This document shows, in pieces, positions 1-13,115 of a stretch of 64,000 nucleotides of DNA. The position numbers and the translations under genes are program-made. Source of the stretch: Sphagnum compactum (lineage: Eukaryota). Each line of letters opens with the position of its first letter. Position 1 is the stretch's first letter. The stretch is from positions 3,100,001 to 3,164,000 of the forward strand of contig OZ234493.1 in NCBI GenBank assembly GCA_965153455.1, given 5' to 3'. The notes under the pieces are model-generated. The model was not told where the DNA came from. It did no database searches and saw only the letters and a program-made list of their open reading frames with translations.

Positions 1-312
1 GGCCTCCGCAAGAGACGTTGGACTTCGGTCCCTCGGCGACAGAAGCGCAGTCCAAAGGTGCTCAGGTGCTTTGCCGGAATACAACTGTTCTACCACTGAA
101 GGGATAAGCTCATCCGACAATTCCGTCCTCTGTGATGTGGGAGTAGAAAAGTCCTCGTCGGAGCTCATATTGTTGAGGTTACAACTCTCTGGCTTCACCT
201 CCTGGTTTTGAGCCGGCGAGTGTAAAACTGCGCCAGATGTATGCACAACATGAGAGGAAAAGGGGCATTCGCTTTCCCCACGACCGAGGCTTTTCGAACC
301 TTTGCTATCCAT
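1..312 (-). CDS. 5' part of an open reading frame running off the window edge (possible retroelement ORF1/gag or host gene)
   Basis: ATG at 312 followed by 104 stop-free codons to base 1 (MDSKGSKSLGRGESECPFSSH...DRSPTSLAEA). It is preceded by a ~700 bp leader that starts with the hairpin GGCGCT-N9-AGCGCC (985-1005). No domain recognised. Confidence 0.3.
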   Translation of the reverse strand, partial: MDSKGSKSLGRGESECPFSSHVVHTSGAVLHSPAQNQEVKPESCNLNNMSSDEDFSTPTSQRTELSDELIPSVVEQLYSGKAPEHLWTALLSPRDRSPTSLAEA

Positions 313-1744
313 GAAGTCCTGGGTGCAGGCTATGAGAAACACGAGAATATCCGCAGGAATAAGAGACTTGTTTAGAGTCGATCAACCCGGCACCTAAGCA
401 CGAGAACGAGAACCAAGCGAATTTAATAGAGAGTGATTCACCAAAACGGTAGCAAAAACAAGATTGGAAAGAGCCAACTATTTCAACGAACAAACAAAAC
501 GTACCTACTAATGGAACAAAGTTTGATGAAGAACGGCGTGATCCTTTGGAAGAACTTTGGCGAAAAGCTGGGGTGCGAACAAGACGCATAGAAGCAACTT
601 AGCCTAATGGGCTTTGATCTATTGAACTAGAGAGACGGAGAGCACTGCTGCTGAGAGGGAAGACAACCGTGTTGGAAAAGTATACGCAGGAAGGAGACTC
701 CTGGACACGGCACCTAACACCCCGTCAAAAAAGCTGTCACTGGCCCCGAAGCAGTCTTATGTTTTCTTTGAAGTTTAAGGGCAGAAGTTGAAGATTAGTA
801 CCGTTGCAGAAGGGTAGCGAGGATGTATGATGAGGAGTTGGAAAGTCCACCAGCACCAGTAGCAGAGAAGAGCGCGCGAAAATGGAACGAAAGCGTTGTT
901 GCAAGTGCTGAAGAGGAAGAAGCAGAAGTGAGTAAGAAGAGAGCGCCATCGCTGCAGCAGTGCAAGTACGTAAGCACCCTGACAGGCGCTCACCCAACTA
1001 GCGCCTAGGGAATTTTAAAAAAAACGTACTGGTTTTAACCCTAGGTTTTTGCCTCCCAGTTTCCCTCTGTGTGGTGTGTGTGTTTTTTTATGGGTGCTTT
1101 GCCCCCATTGGGTTTGATTTGCCGGCTGGAGTGAACCATAAAAAAACACCCATAAACAAAGCACCATGAAAAAACACACACAAATTTTATGGTGTTGTAT
1201 ATGTTTTTTTATGAGTGAACCAGCAGCCACCAATGCACCGTTGAGGATGAGGCCGTTCTAGCTGTTTTGGGGATGAATCAAAAACCCATCCTCTTCCCCT
1301 GCCCAGGGATTTTTCAGCCCCTTTCTCTACCCCAAAATTTTCCCCTCCTACCTACCTCCCCCCCCGCCTCCTACCTCCTTCATCACATTTCCCGTTCACT
1401 CCATCTCAAGAGCTTAGTAGAGCTCCTAAGCTTGAGCTGCACAGAGCTTCGCAAGCTCTCGAGCTTGAGCTGCACACAACTTCGCGAGGAAGGTGGAGAG
1501 CTCAACGTTGCAGGAACTTGAAAAGCTGAAGGAACGTGGAGAGGAGAAGGGTTTAAGGGAAGGCTTCATCTGAAATGCAGAAGCAAGAGAAGTAAGCTCC
1601 CTCCCTTCTTTGCATTTTTTTGTCTATGTGTTTTTTATTTTATTTTTTAGCTTGAAAAGAAAAAGACGCCATTGTCTTCTTCTTTAACGTTTTTGTTTCC
1701 TACCTACCTCCCCCTCTTGTCTTTTTTTGTGCTATTGTTGCAGC

Positions 1745-2345
1745 GGCAAAGAAGGCGATAACAAATTGCTACCATCGCCTTCTTCTCTGCCAGATCTTAT
1801 AGAGATGAAGAAGAAGGCGACGACAGCTATTGTTGCCTTCTTCTTTGCCTTTGTCGAATCTTGTAGAGATGAAAAAGAAGGCGACGACAACTGCCGTCGC
1901 CTTCTTCTTCTCTACCGGCTCTTGTAGAGATGAAGAAAAAGGCAATGACAACTGTCGTCGCCTTCTTCTTCTCTACCGAGTCTTGTAAAGATGAAGAAGA
2001 AGGTGACGTTGTCGTTGCCTTCTTCTTCTTTGCCTAGTCTTGTAAAGATGAAGAAGAAGGCGACACTATCGTCGCCTTCTTATTCTTTGTCGGGTTTTGT
2101 AGAGAAGTTGTCATCGCCTTCTTCTTTGCCTTCTTATGTGGTGGTGTTGCAGCAACGAAGGCTATGTCACCTTCTTTGTGTTTGAGAAGAAGAAGAAGAC
2201 GACAACAACTTCCGTCACCTTCTTCAATGGCTTTGTTGCAAACAAAGGCGACGACAACTGTCGTAGCCTTTTCCAATAGTTCTTCTATGGTGGTGGTGGT
2301 GGTGCTGTGAAGAAGGTGATGGCAGCAAATTACTATCACCTTATT
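1745..2345. repeat. Tandem array of ~60 bp palindromic units
   Basis: Unit ~AGAGATGAAGAAGAAGGCGACGACA-AC-TGTCGTCGCCTTCTTCTTCTCT plus a short linker, repeated about ten times with decay. Confidence 0.85.
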
Positions 2346-2428
2346 TCTTTTTTTTGGTCCTTTTGGTCTAGTTCATTAAAATTGAAAATTAACAATGAAA
2401 TGGTGGTTTTTTTATGTTGAAAGTTGTA

Positions 2429-3390
2429 ATGGCTAGAGGAAGGAGACTAAAGAAAGTTAGTGATTTTGAAGCTCCAAAGCAAAATGTTGCTTCATCAAAA
2501 CAAACAATTGGGAAGCAAAATTTTGATCTATTACAATCGAGATTTGGGGAGCAAAATGTTGTTCCATCAGAATTGAGAATTGATGAATCAAACAATTTAT
2601 GTGGCTAGAGTTGATAATGGTGACAATTTGCAATTCAAATGATGAGATCATTCCGAATATAGATTGGGAATTTCGATCAAAAAATGATGGGTTAAATTGT
2701 TTAAGAACTTACATACATTAGATTAAATGCAAATTAAAAAATTATACAAGTTTTTTTTAATTTAATTATATCTGCAGCTTCCATCATTTGATGGAAGTTG
2801 CGGGATCTTTTTTTGTCAAAAGTTTTTTATTACAATACCTGAAAATAGTTAGAGTTTGTAGGAGTTACATCTGATTATGTGATTTTATGTTTTGCAATAC
2901 TTGCATTTTATTTTTTGAACTATTTATGTGTAAGGTTTTAGGGTTAGGATTTTTTTATTACAAAGCAATGAATTTTTTTTTATAGTTTTTGGTTTAAGTT
3001 CGGAACTTGAAACCGACCAAGCTTTTTAGTCACCAACACCCCCTTGTCCACCTAATTTGGCTCTGAAAGACAAAGAATGGACGAAGGTTGGGTCAAAATG
3101 GAAGTGTAAAGTTGGCATTTACATTGTCGCATATTGTGCCAAATGGTTGTTGACCAAACATTTGAAGAAGGTGCATGGCTTGGTGGCAAAAAATGTCAAA
3201 CCTAGGAGGCTTTCAACTTTTTTAAGAGGTCTTTGACATCAAGACCATGTTAAAATGAATGCTCGCATTTTGGGAAATGTCGTGGCCAGATAAAGGCGAA
3301 ATGATCAAAAGGTTGTTAATCGCGCTTATGCCAAAGCATAGCACGAGTGGAATAAATTGATAACTGCTGCAAAACAATGTCCACCATTAC
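2429..3390 (+). pseudogene. MULE accessory gene relic with a C2H2-type zinc finger
   Basis: Probable first exon MARGRRLKKVSDFEAPKQN... from 2429. After an AG at ~2985 the frame reads ...WKCKVGIYIVAYCAKWLLTKHLKKVH... (C-x4-[Y]-x12-H-x4-H, 3105-3176), with scattered stops. Confidence 0.55.
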
Positions 3391-5423
3391 TTCTTTTTGT
3401 TTTGTGTTTATATTTTTACAATTCAACCTTTTTTACTTTCCTAGTTATTGGATATAAAAAGGGTGTCAAGTTTCATTAAATATACGACCATGAATAAAGG
3501 TTTTATACCTTTACACGAATATTTCATATTCAATATCTCTTTGTAGTTTGGTTTTTTCATACCCATATGTGAATAATGCATTGACTCCCCACAACCAATG
3601 TGCGTTTTATGGCCTAAAGTAGGTATTGCATTTTGCACCTCTCAAACAATGTGCATTAATTATCATTATGTGGGTATTGTTACATGGGGTTTTCAAACAT
3701 TGTGGGTTTAAGATACAATCCGGGTATTGCATATGTGGACAATTTCAATGATGGAAGGTTTAATAGCTCAATGTGGGTAATACCAAAGTTTGGTTTAGTA
3801 TATGGGTTCATAATGCAAGTATTGTACGTGATGTACATTGGAACATTAGGTATTTTATATCATGATATGGGTATTGTAATGGGAATTCCAAATCACAACA
3901 TTGATTTTAAAGGAACCATGTATGTATTGCATTTTGGGTTTTTGTTCAATGATGAATGTTTATAGAATTGTAAATTATCTTGGTGCATGAATTTGTCCTA
4001 TTTCTTTCAATCATGGGAAAAGTTCCAAAGTCCCATTTCATGTCCAAAACCCCACCAAGTCCCTTTTCTCAAACAAAGACTTGGTGTGGAGGTCTAGGAT
4101 ACGCCATGGAAGGCAAAATAAAGTGACCATTCAATTTGCTTATGTTGTATATGCTCGCATCTTAAAATTCTTGGAAGGTGAACGAGGTTGGAAGGTGAAT
4201 GAGGGGATACGAGCACCCCTATGGAATGGAATGTTTACAAAAACTTTCCAAGCCAAACGGATGTCAAGCAACCAAATATCAAAAACCACCCCGGGTATAC
4301 GTGGTAAACATTTATGGCATTAACCTTTTTAATTTTTTTAATTCATATACCAAAGATGTAATCATTTACATTTTGAAATTTTTTTGGTCTAAGTATCAGT
4401 GCGGATATGGACCAGAAGACTATCAAGAAAATTCAACCCACATTCGATCTATTAAACGAAGATGCCTAGTGTCATTCTCAATCAAACATCTATACACGGC
4501 CTCATGTGGTTGAGATCACAGTTTATCATAAGGCCCATACGCGAACTGATGGGTCATTCACACATGGTGAACATGACCCGGAATCCATTGTATGTCTCGT
4601 TATGTTCCATGCATGTCACAAACATTGAAGGACCACATATGGGCCCAACTAAGCTTAGGTTACACGATCAAACAAATATATAATAAGCATAAAACAATTT
4701 GGTGGGAACGTGTGAATGCAGGTCAAAGCATGACACGAGATGATTTCATTCGGCTTCAAGACATTGCATATTTAGATCAGAAACATAAGAAAGGGAGTTG
4801 GTGTTTACACACCAATCCTGCTATTTCAATTCAGTCTTGGGTTTTCCAACATCCGGAAAATGTGTTATTTTTCCAAGATGTTGGTGAAATCAACGAGACT
4901 CAAGTCCCATTCACCATAAGTATTCAAACACCAACTCAATGTGAGTCCATGCTATCATATGGTCACAATGGTGCCATTTCTATGGATGCCACATTTGGCA
5001 CAAATGACATGAAATTCCATCTATTCACCTTGATGGGGTTTGATGATCATCGCACAAGTGTCACTTTAACGTGGATCATTACAAGTAAGTAAATAGTTGA
5101 AGATTTGATCTAATGATTGAAACCATTAAAAGATAAGATGTTATCACACATGCCACATTGGAAACCATCACTTTTTCTCATTGATGATGCACTTCAAGAA
5201 TTGAAGGCATTATGGTTAGTTTTATACCTAGTACCTACTTTGTGTTTATTTCCTTCAATGTTTATTAATATATTTCTTTTCTTTTTTTTATTTCAAACAT
5301 AATGATTATTTTATGTTGTATTGACCCCATCCACTCATGGAGGTTTTATTGCATATGTGTCCTTATTAGGGTCGTATGGGGTATGGACAAGGTTCCCATC
5401 TACCTTTGTTGTTGGCATGTTTT

Positions 5424-8010
5424 CACTACTAGAAATTTTGGGTTTTGCAACTGTCGTTTGTAACTAAAATTCAGTTGCATGCGACACATGCAACTGCAAA
5501 TTTGTGTAGTTGCCTAAGACAAGTTGCACATGACATGTAGTTGCATGCAACACTACGTATGCAACATGTATATACGGTGCTAGTATACATGTTCATACAT
5601 ACATACTAATCCAAATGAGATGCACCTTATGTGCAACTTTTCTTGCAACTACAATGCAACTAATCAAAATATGACACATGTTTAAAAATTAGACAACTAA
5701 CTTATGGACACGTGTCATTATTTAATTTTTTGTGTTTTCAAAATTAAAAATTCATTGGATTAATTTCAATCATTAAAGTTTTTGCCACTAGGATGATGAC
5801 AAGTGGCACACCATGGAATGTCCATTGACCATTTAACACGTGTTCATTTTTAACACCAATTATATGGTGACACGTGGCAATCAAGGCCCACCTATTTTTA
5901 AATTTTTAAATATTAATTAATGAAATTTACGTCATCCAATTTATGGCTAGTAAGATGTTGACACATGGTGCCTAGGTAGGTAGGTAATAATTAAACATTA
6001 TTAAGTAAGTAGGTTTATTTAAGTATGTAAGTAGCTTGAAAAATAGTTAGGCTTAGGTTATAAGTAGGTTTAGAATAATGCGATTTATTTTTAGGTTTGA
6101 CCATTTCATAAAGGTTAAGTTTTTTTCATTCACTTGTCCCCAATGGCACATGGTATTTGGTTTCAACATAACTATTGCTCCTAGTTAAATACTGAGCCAA
6201 ATTTAATTGGAAGCCAAAGGATATGGGTTAGAACATTCCATTGCAAACCTCATGAACCAACCTAGTTGCACATTATATGCAACTATTGTATTAAAGTATA
6301 CCAGCCAGGGAGGGCTCTGTTGCTTTTGGTGTCCAAAAAAAACCTGAAGCCCTCCTCTTGGCGCATCTAACACACTAAGAATCATTGAAAACAGATTAGA
6401 AATGAAAAAGTTATGGCTCCCCAAAGTAAAAGGGGTCAAAAAACTCAAAAAAGAAACTATTGAACACTACAAAGGCTGGTTCTTAAACACCCAAAAAGTT
6501 CATTTTATGTTTTTTTTTGTTATTAGAGTTCCAATGTGATTTGTAGGACTTCAGATGGCGCTCCTATAGCACTTTAAATCGTTTAAAATGAATAAGAAAT
6601 AAGAAAGTTATGAACTTTGAAAGTAGGAGGGGTCCAAAGAAAAAAAACAAAAAACAAAACGTTTTATAACTTGGAAAGCTTATTTTTCTTATTTTTCTTC
6701 TTGTTAGTTTCTCATTACTCCTTTTCTTTTGCACTTCAAAGGTGATTATAGGATTATTTTAGTAATTATGATTACTTAATGAAAATATGATTTTAATATT
6801 ATTATCTAGTTTAAATTAATAATTAACTTAGGACATTTGTATCCTTGTAGGTTAATTAGTGTAGCCTATTTACATTAATATTTTAACATAAATAATAAAT
6901 TTTAAATATATAATACCTATTGATTATATATATATATAATCAATTATCACTATAATTATAATGAACATTTAATTAATACTTATGATTATTTATAATTTTT
7001 TAAATATTATCGTACTAATTAATTTTGAATAATTTTTTGTTTAATCAAATGTACATTTTCTGAAAAAATATTCCAAAATAAAATAAAGTCAAACATATTT
7101 AAACCATGGTTTAGTTTAACTTAATTTAATTTAACCATATTTATTTTATCCTAATTTAATTTAGCTTAATTTAGTTTAGCCATAATAAATATATTCTAAT
7201 TGATTTTAGCCATAAATATTATAGCCTAACTTAATTTAACCATAATTAGTCTGGCTTAACCTAATTTAACCATATTTATTTTAGCCTAGTTTAATTTAGT
7301 TTAATTTAGTTTAGCCATAATTAATATAATCTAATTTAATTTATCTTAACTTGATTTAACCATAATTAGTTTGGCCTAACTTAATTTAACCATAGTTAAT
7401 TTAAATTAATTTAATTTAGCCATAATTGGTTTAATCTAATAAATTTAGCCATGGTTAATTTTAGCCTAATTTAATTTAGCCATATTTATTTTAGCCTAAC
7501 TTAATTTAAGTATGGTTAATTTAGCTTAATTTAATTTAATTTAATTTAGCCATAATTAATTTATTTTAGCTTAATTTAACCATGGTTAATTTAACTTAAT
7601 TTAAATTAGCCATTATTAGTTTAGCCTAACTTAATTTAGTCATGGTTAGTTTAACTTTTTAGTTTATTTAGCCTAAGTTAGTTTAACCATGGTTATTTTA
7701 ACCTAAGTTAGTTTAGAGGTTATTTTAAACCCCTTAGTATTAGAGGTACATAATATTATTATATATAATCTATGTAGATATATTAAGTATAGTAATTTAA
7801 GTATGTATAAGTTTAAGCCATTATTTTTATGACATGTGTCCATGTTGTACACATTTAGTTGCATGTTAGTTGCACACACAACCGTATGGCCCAAAAATTA
7901 TACAATACCAAATTTGTAGTTGCAAACATGAGCAAGATAGTTACAAACGACAACCAGTTGCATGCTAGTTGCATAGTGACTGGTTGCAAATGACAAGATT
8001 TCTAGTAGTG
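5424..8010. mobile_element. Non-autonomous CACTA (En/Spm) element nested in the MULE transposase
   Basis: Perfect TIRs CACTACTAGAAA (5424) and TTTCTAGTAGTG (ends 8010). 3-bp TSD TTT/TCT with one mismatch. Subterminal AGTTGCA/TGCAACT repeats. Removing it restores WHVLKAW. Confidence 0.93.
7100..7715. repeat. AT-rich minisatellite inside the CACTA element
   Basis: Many degenerate TTAATTTA(G/A)CCAT(A/G) and TTAGCCTAA units. Confidence 0.85.
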
Positions 8011-9519
8011 TCTCAAAGCATGGCGCTTACGTGGTATTGAAAAAATCAAAGATGTGGAAGTGCGGGGTGGAAATCTCCAAGACCTTCATGATGTGATGTA
8101 CATGTCCATTAATCATGAAGAAATAATTGATGACTTCAAAAAGCGTGGGATGGTTGCTGTGAGAAAAAACCTTCATAAACATAGGCATGGTGATGCATGG
8201 ACAAATTACTTCTAGACTTATTACCATCAATTTGGTAAGTGATAATATTTATCATGGTTTAGTATTCAAAATTCTTTTGTAATAATGTTATTCATCCTTG
8301 TGCATTATGTTTATGTTTGCATAATTATGGATGGTGGGTGTTCGAAAAGTGACCCATTCCAACCAAGACACCCAAGCGAGCATTGAATCATATCATGGTG
8401 CATTGAAACGTTGGTTTGTTTTTGACACAAAAGGCCTTAAAGGGCATAGGATTGACTAGTTGGTGTGGCGATTAACAACAACCATTGCACACCACTACAT
8501 GCACACATTGGAAATGAAAAACAAAAGTTTCATAAAAACAAGGTTATGGAGGCCATTATTACACGAAGTGTGGAAAAGGCAGCCCTTATTCCACTCACCC
8601 ATGTGTACCAACCAACCCTTGAGAGTGATGGAGCTTGGGGTGTACGAAGCCAACGCCTTCCTAATGTTATTTATGCGGTGAAATTCTCATTCATCGAAAT
8701 ATTTTGTTGCACATGTGAATGGGCATTCCAAGGGAACATGTGTAAACATCAAATTTTCACATGCACAAACATTTCTCAAAAGGATATCATTCATTACTGT
8801 GGAACATGGTATGGATCACATCATGAAGGGTTGGGTCACATGTTTGCGAACCCACGACATATTCCAGATGATATGGAGTCTACTGATGATGACTAAAATG
8901 AACATCTTGAAGGTGGTGATGGGATCATGGAATTTGATGGGCTCATGAACATGGAGCAAAGTGATCTCCCTATGGGTGCCATTGTAGGGTCTAATGACAC
9001 AATATATTCATCAACCCAAATGGACAGGGCTCTTGCACAATTGGTCACTACAATGCAAGAGATCACAAATGAATGTAAAGAAGGCGATATGACACTTTGT
9101 GAACATGCCACCTCACACATGAGAGTATTGGCATGTAATATTCATAACATATGCCTCATAAAGGCAAATGCAGTTTTACACCCAGGATTGGTGTTACACC
9201 ACATAGAAAATGGATTGGGAAATAGTGTCAAACGGCTCAAAGATTGGCATGAAACAATGCTCAATCACACAAATGTACGTATTAAAGGCTGTCATGAATA
9301 AATGTCTCAATTACTAATCAAGACTGTTGCCATTAACACTAAGAATTTTTATTTTATAATCAATTTTGTATGAAGGAAACCATAGCCCAAATTTTGTGAA
9401 CATCATGTATTCAACACACACATGAAGTCTAATATGGCACAAAGCTTATTATTGTTTCCAAGTAATAAACACAAAAAATGTGAATTGCAAAAACACAAGG
9501 ATAATGATAATATTAATGT

Positions 9520-9802
9520 TAAATGCAGGTATTATAACTAGGCCCCAAAATCCCAATTGGTAGAAGTAAGTAGAAGTGCAAGTATTGCAATTAGGCCCCA
9601 AAATTCCAGTTGGTAAATGTAAATACGAGTGCAGGTATTGCAACGAAGCCCCAAAATTCCAATTGGTAGAGGTAAGTATGGGTGTAGGTATTGCAACAAA
9701 ACCCCAAAATTCCAGTTGGTAAAAGTAAATACGGGTGTAGGTATCGCAACAAAGCCCCAAATTTTCAATAGGTAGAAGTAAGTATAAGTGCGGGTATTAT
9801 AA
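9520..9802. repeat. 53-bp tandem repeat (~5.5 units) 3' of the MULE transposase
   Basis: Units GCCCCAAAATTCCA(A/G)TTGGTA...GGTATTGCAA. The GTAT core falls at 9529, 9582, 9635, 9688, 9741 and 9794. Confidence 0.9.
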
Positions 9803-12800
9803 GTTTAAATGAAGAATCAACCTTAAATGCAATACCCACGCTTCAAAAGAACCCATCTAGATGGTTTGGATACCTTTAAGTGAAGACCTAGCCCTAAACA
9901 CAATACCCACATGCAAGGTCACTTTGAAATTACCCAACCTTATATGCAATACTCGCATTCAAGGTCATTTTGAAATTACGCATGTGGGGTTTAAGCCTCT
10001 TTAAATGAAAATCTTACCCTAAATGCAATATTCGCATGTTGGGTCATTCCAAAATAATTAGTTAATTTCAAAATAGTATGCTAACAAAGGTGTGTATAGA
10101 GGTTGGGGTTGTTGATTAGGAGTTCCATGATTCTTACTTTGTTTCATTGAAATTGAAAAGAGGTTGTATTGTTTGTGGAATAAATAGTATAATGACAATT
10201 GTGATCAAACTTATTTTGGTGTACGAATTTTTCATGGAAAAGTTGAACTTGCAATCTACAACATGGAATAATTATCTTAAATAGTGATTTTAATAACTTA
10301 TTAAAAAAAAAACATAATTAAATTAATCTGCCAAATATCAAATTAATTAATCTAATTTTTAGATCCAACTTTTTATTATTCAAGTAAATAAAGTTAAACC
10401 AAATGATTAGTTATTATTTAAATAAATAAATGATTATCTAATTTTTGATAATTAATCCTTTAAATTATCTGAAATACTGGTCTATTAATTATTTAATTAT
10501 ATGACAAAATATTGTTGATAATTCATTAATTATCTAAAATATTTTTTAAATCATACATTAAATTGGGGGGAAATTTTTAGGGTTTAAACATATGTGAAAC
10601 AATAAAATTTCTTTATATATCTTTTTCAAAGATATTGGAAAAATTAGGCTGGAAAGATCATACAAAGTGAGAAGCAAACCTTATGTGAAACCCAACCTTA
10701 AATGCAATACAAAATTTATCAAGATCGAAAAATTAAAAGTTCAAGCTTAATTTTTTTTCGAATATGTTCATATTTATGTTTTTTCCATTTTAAAGTTGTA
10801 AACTCATTTCAAAAAACAAAAATATAAATTTTCTAATTTAATAAAATTTTAAATTATGTTTAAAAAAATAAATCAAATCACATGATTTTCTACTTATTTT
10901 TGTTTCACATAATAATAAAAATGATCTCTCTCGTATATTAATCCTATGTCTGATTGAAATTTTATTTTATACTTTTTAAATATATATTAAATAATTTCTT
11001 GGTTAAAATAATCATATAGTGGGTCAGAAACATTTTATATTTTATACATATATAACACAAGTCCTTGTGTAAACTTTATTTTTTATGATGTATAATATTG
11101 GTTTAAATATTGGTCCAAATATATTGTTATTTATAACACATTATATATAAATAATGATATTATAGAATTATATTTGTGATTCATTTCAATACACATAATA
11201 TTGTCATATTTATATAAAATTATTTAAATATTTAAATATTTATAAATTTTAAATTTTATATGTTAACCTATGGTTACGTATATTGCAATTATTTTTAATG
11301 AACTTTGTTTTTAATATGAATTTTTTAATTTCAAAATATTAATAGCTAAGTATGAAAATGTTCATAAGCTCTTAGAAGCTATGCCAGAGTTTGTGTGGAT
11401 TTGGAAGCTTTGTGAGGGCTAAGTTCTTATGTAATGTTTTCGACACCTTCAAAAGCTGAAACATGACTTGACTGTCCAAGAAACACAATAGTGTTCATAA
11501 AAAAACAACCAAGAATCTGTAGCCTTGACAAATTACTAGCTTCAACAAAAACTCATCACCAAGGCTGTTAAATTGACTAAAGTGTCGACATTGACCAAAC
11601 TAAACAACCTAGCCTAAACATGAGTAATAGGTTAGTAAGCTACTTGTTAAATAACCTAACTAACTACCTAGTAGGCTACCTACGTAATATAGGCCTATTA
11701 TGTAGTTTATTCACTTGTGTAAGCCTTATAAATTAATATCTTAAATGGCGTAGATAGGTATTGAAGGTGGTTGAACTTATTAAGTAAACATACTAGTTAT
11801 ATAGGTAGTTTTCTAGCCTAAGCCACGTAAGCCTAATAAGAATTTATGATAGTTTAATGTATATTCCTTATTATATTATAACATATTGAATTTTGAATTA
11901 AAAATAATTATTAAAAAAAGCACATTTTTTCATATAATTGTTATAAGTATATACTATTGGATTATGATTCAAATTTAGAGTTTGGGAAACCCTAAATTAT
12001 CTAACATTTTTTTACAAGTCTATAGTAATTAAAATAAATCTAAGGTGCATTTTAGAGGAATTTTATATGCAAAACAATCCAATATATATTGTTAAAGAAA
12101 GTGAAAGAAATCAGCTTGGAGATATTAACAAATGGTAAGAGACGTACCTTCTTTTATGTTTTGTTACAAATGTTATTTGATTATTTAAAAAATTAAAGTT
12201 AAATTTTTAATTGGTGAAAGTAAGTATGTGTGTGGATATTGCAAAATTATATGAAACCTTAACCCTAAATGCAATAGCCATATTCAAGTTCATTTCAAAA
12301 TAACCCATAAATGATTTAAATAAAACCTGTAGTGAAAGGGCAACTTAAATGCAATACCCACATGTAGGGTTGCTTTGAAATACCCAATATGTAGTTTGGG
12401 TGCGCCTTTGAGTGAAAACCAAAGCCTAGATGTAATACCTACATGCAAGTTCATACTAAAATAATCCATAGGTGATTGAGACAAACCTTATGTGAATACC
12501 TAACCCTAAATACAATACCCGCATGTAAAGTCAATTCAAAATAATTAATAAGTGGTTTAGGTACTCAAAATATGTCTTTTTATATACCTAAATTAATTAT
12601 TATTCTGAGTTGATTTTATGAAAAAATGTAGGTATTGTAATGAATGTAAAAAATCGGCAACTATTATGGGACCTATATGTGGGTATTGCATATTTGAAAA
12701 TGGCCATATGGAATTTATAATAGAAAATGATGTAGGTATTGCACAATGTTCATTTTGATCTTTATAAACCCTAGACAAATTAATGTTACCTATTCATATG

Positions 12801-13115
12801 GGCCTATTTAAGGTTTGAATTTTACATCTAAAGTATTAAGAAAATTATGATAAAGAAGACATATAGGATTAACCGTATACCCATCAAACAAGTGTGACTA
12901 GAAGAAAATATTATATTGATAAAAGATGTTCAAAAATGGGTGGATCAAAAATTGTTAAAGAACCCAATGAAAAAAAAAGGTTCTCTATAATACATCAAAG
13001 GACCAAAGTTCAAACATTGGGTAGTCCAAAAAATAAAAGGGCTGAAAAAACCTAACTAACTATACAAAGTGGAAACCTTAAACCATATCATTATCTACAA
13101 TCCCATGTTTAGCTT

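Larger units (their letters stand above)
4013..9301 (+). pseudogene. MULE (MuDR-type) transposase with SWIM zinc finger, disrupted
   Basis: Motifs SMDATFGTN (first catalytic D), FLIDD, IYLCCWH|VLKAW (CxxH, split by an insertion), ASIESYH and SWIM CCTCEW...NMCKH. Contains introns, stops and frameshifts. Confidence 0.9.
1005..12774 (+). mobile_element. Degenerate Mutator-like element (MULE), ends approximate
   Basis: Contains a MULE transposase pseudogene. GTATTGCA-type motifs recur from ~2830 to ~12745. Possible short termini CTAGGGAATTTTAAA (1005) and TTTATAAACCCTAG (12761-12774). No TSD seen. Confidence 0.6.

Noticed and set aside
1745-2345. CRISPR-like look of the palindromic array
   Set aside because: Linkers are only ~10 bp and related to each other, the repeats are degenerate, there are no cas genes, and the context is eukaryotic.
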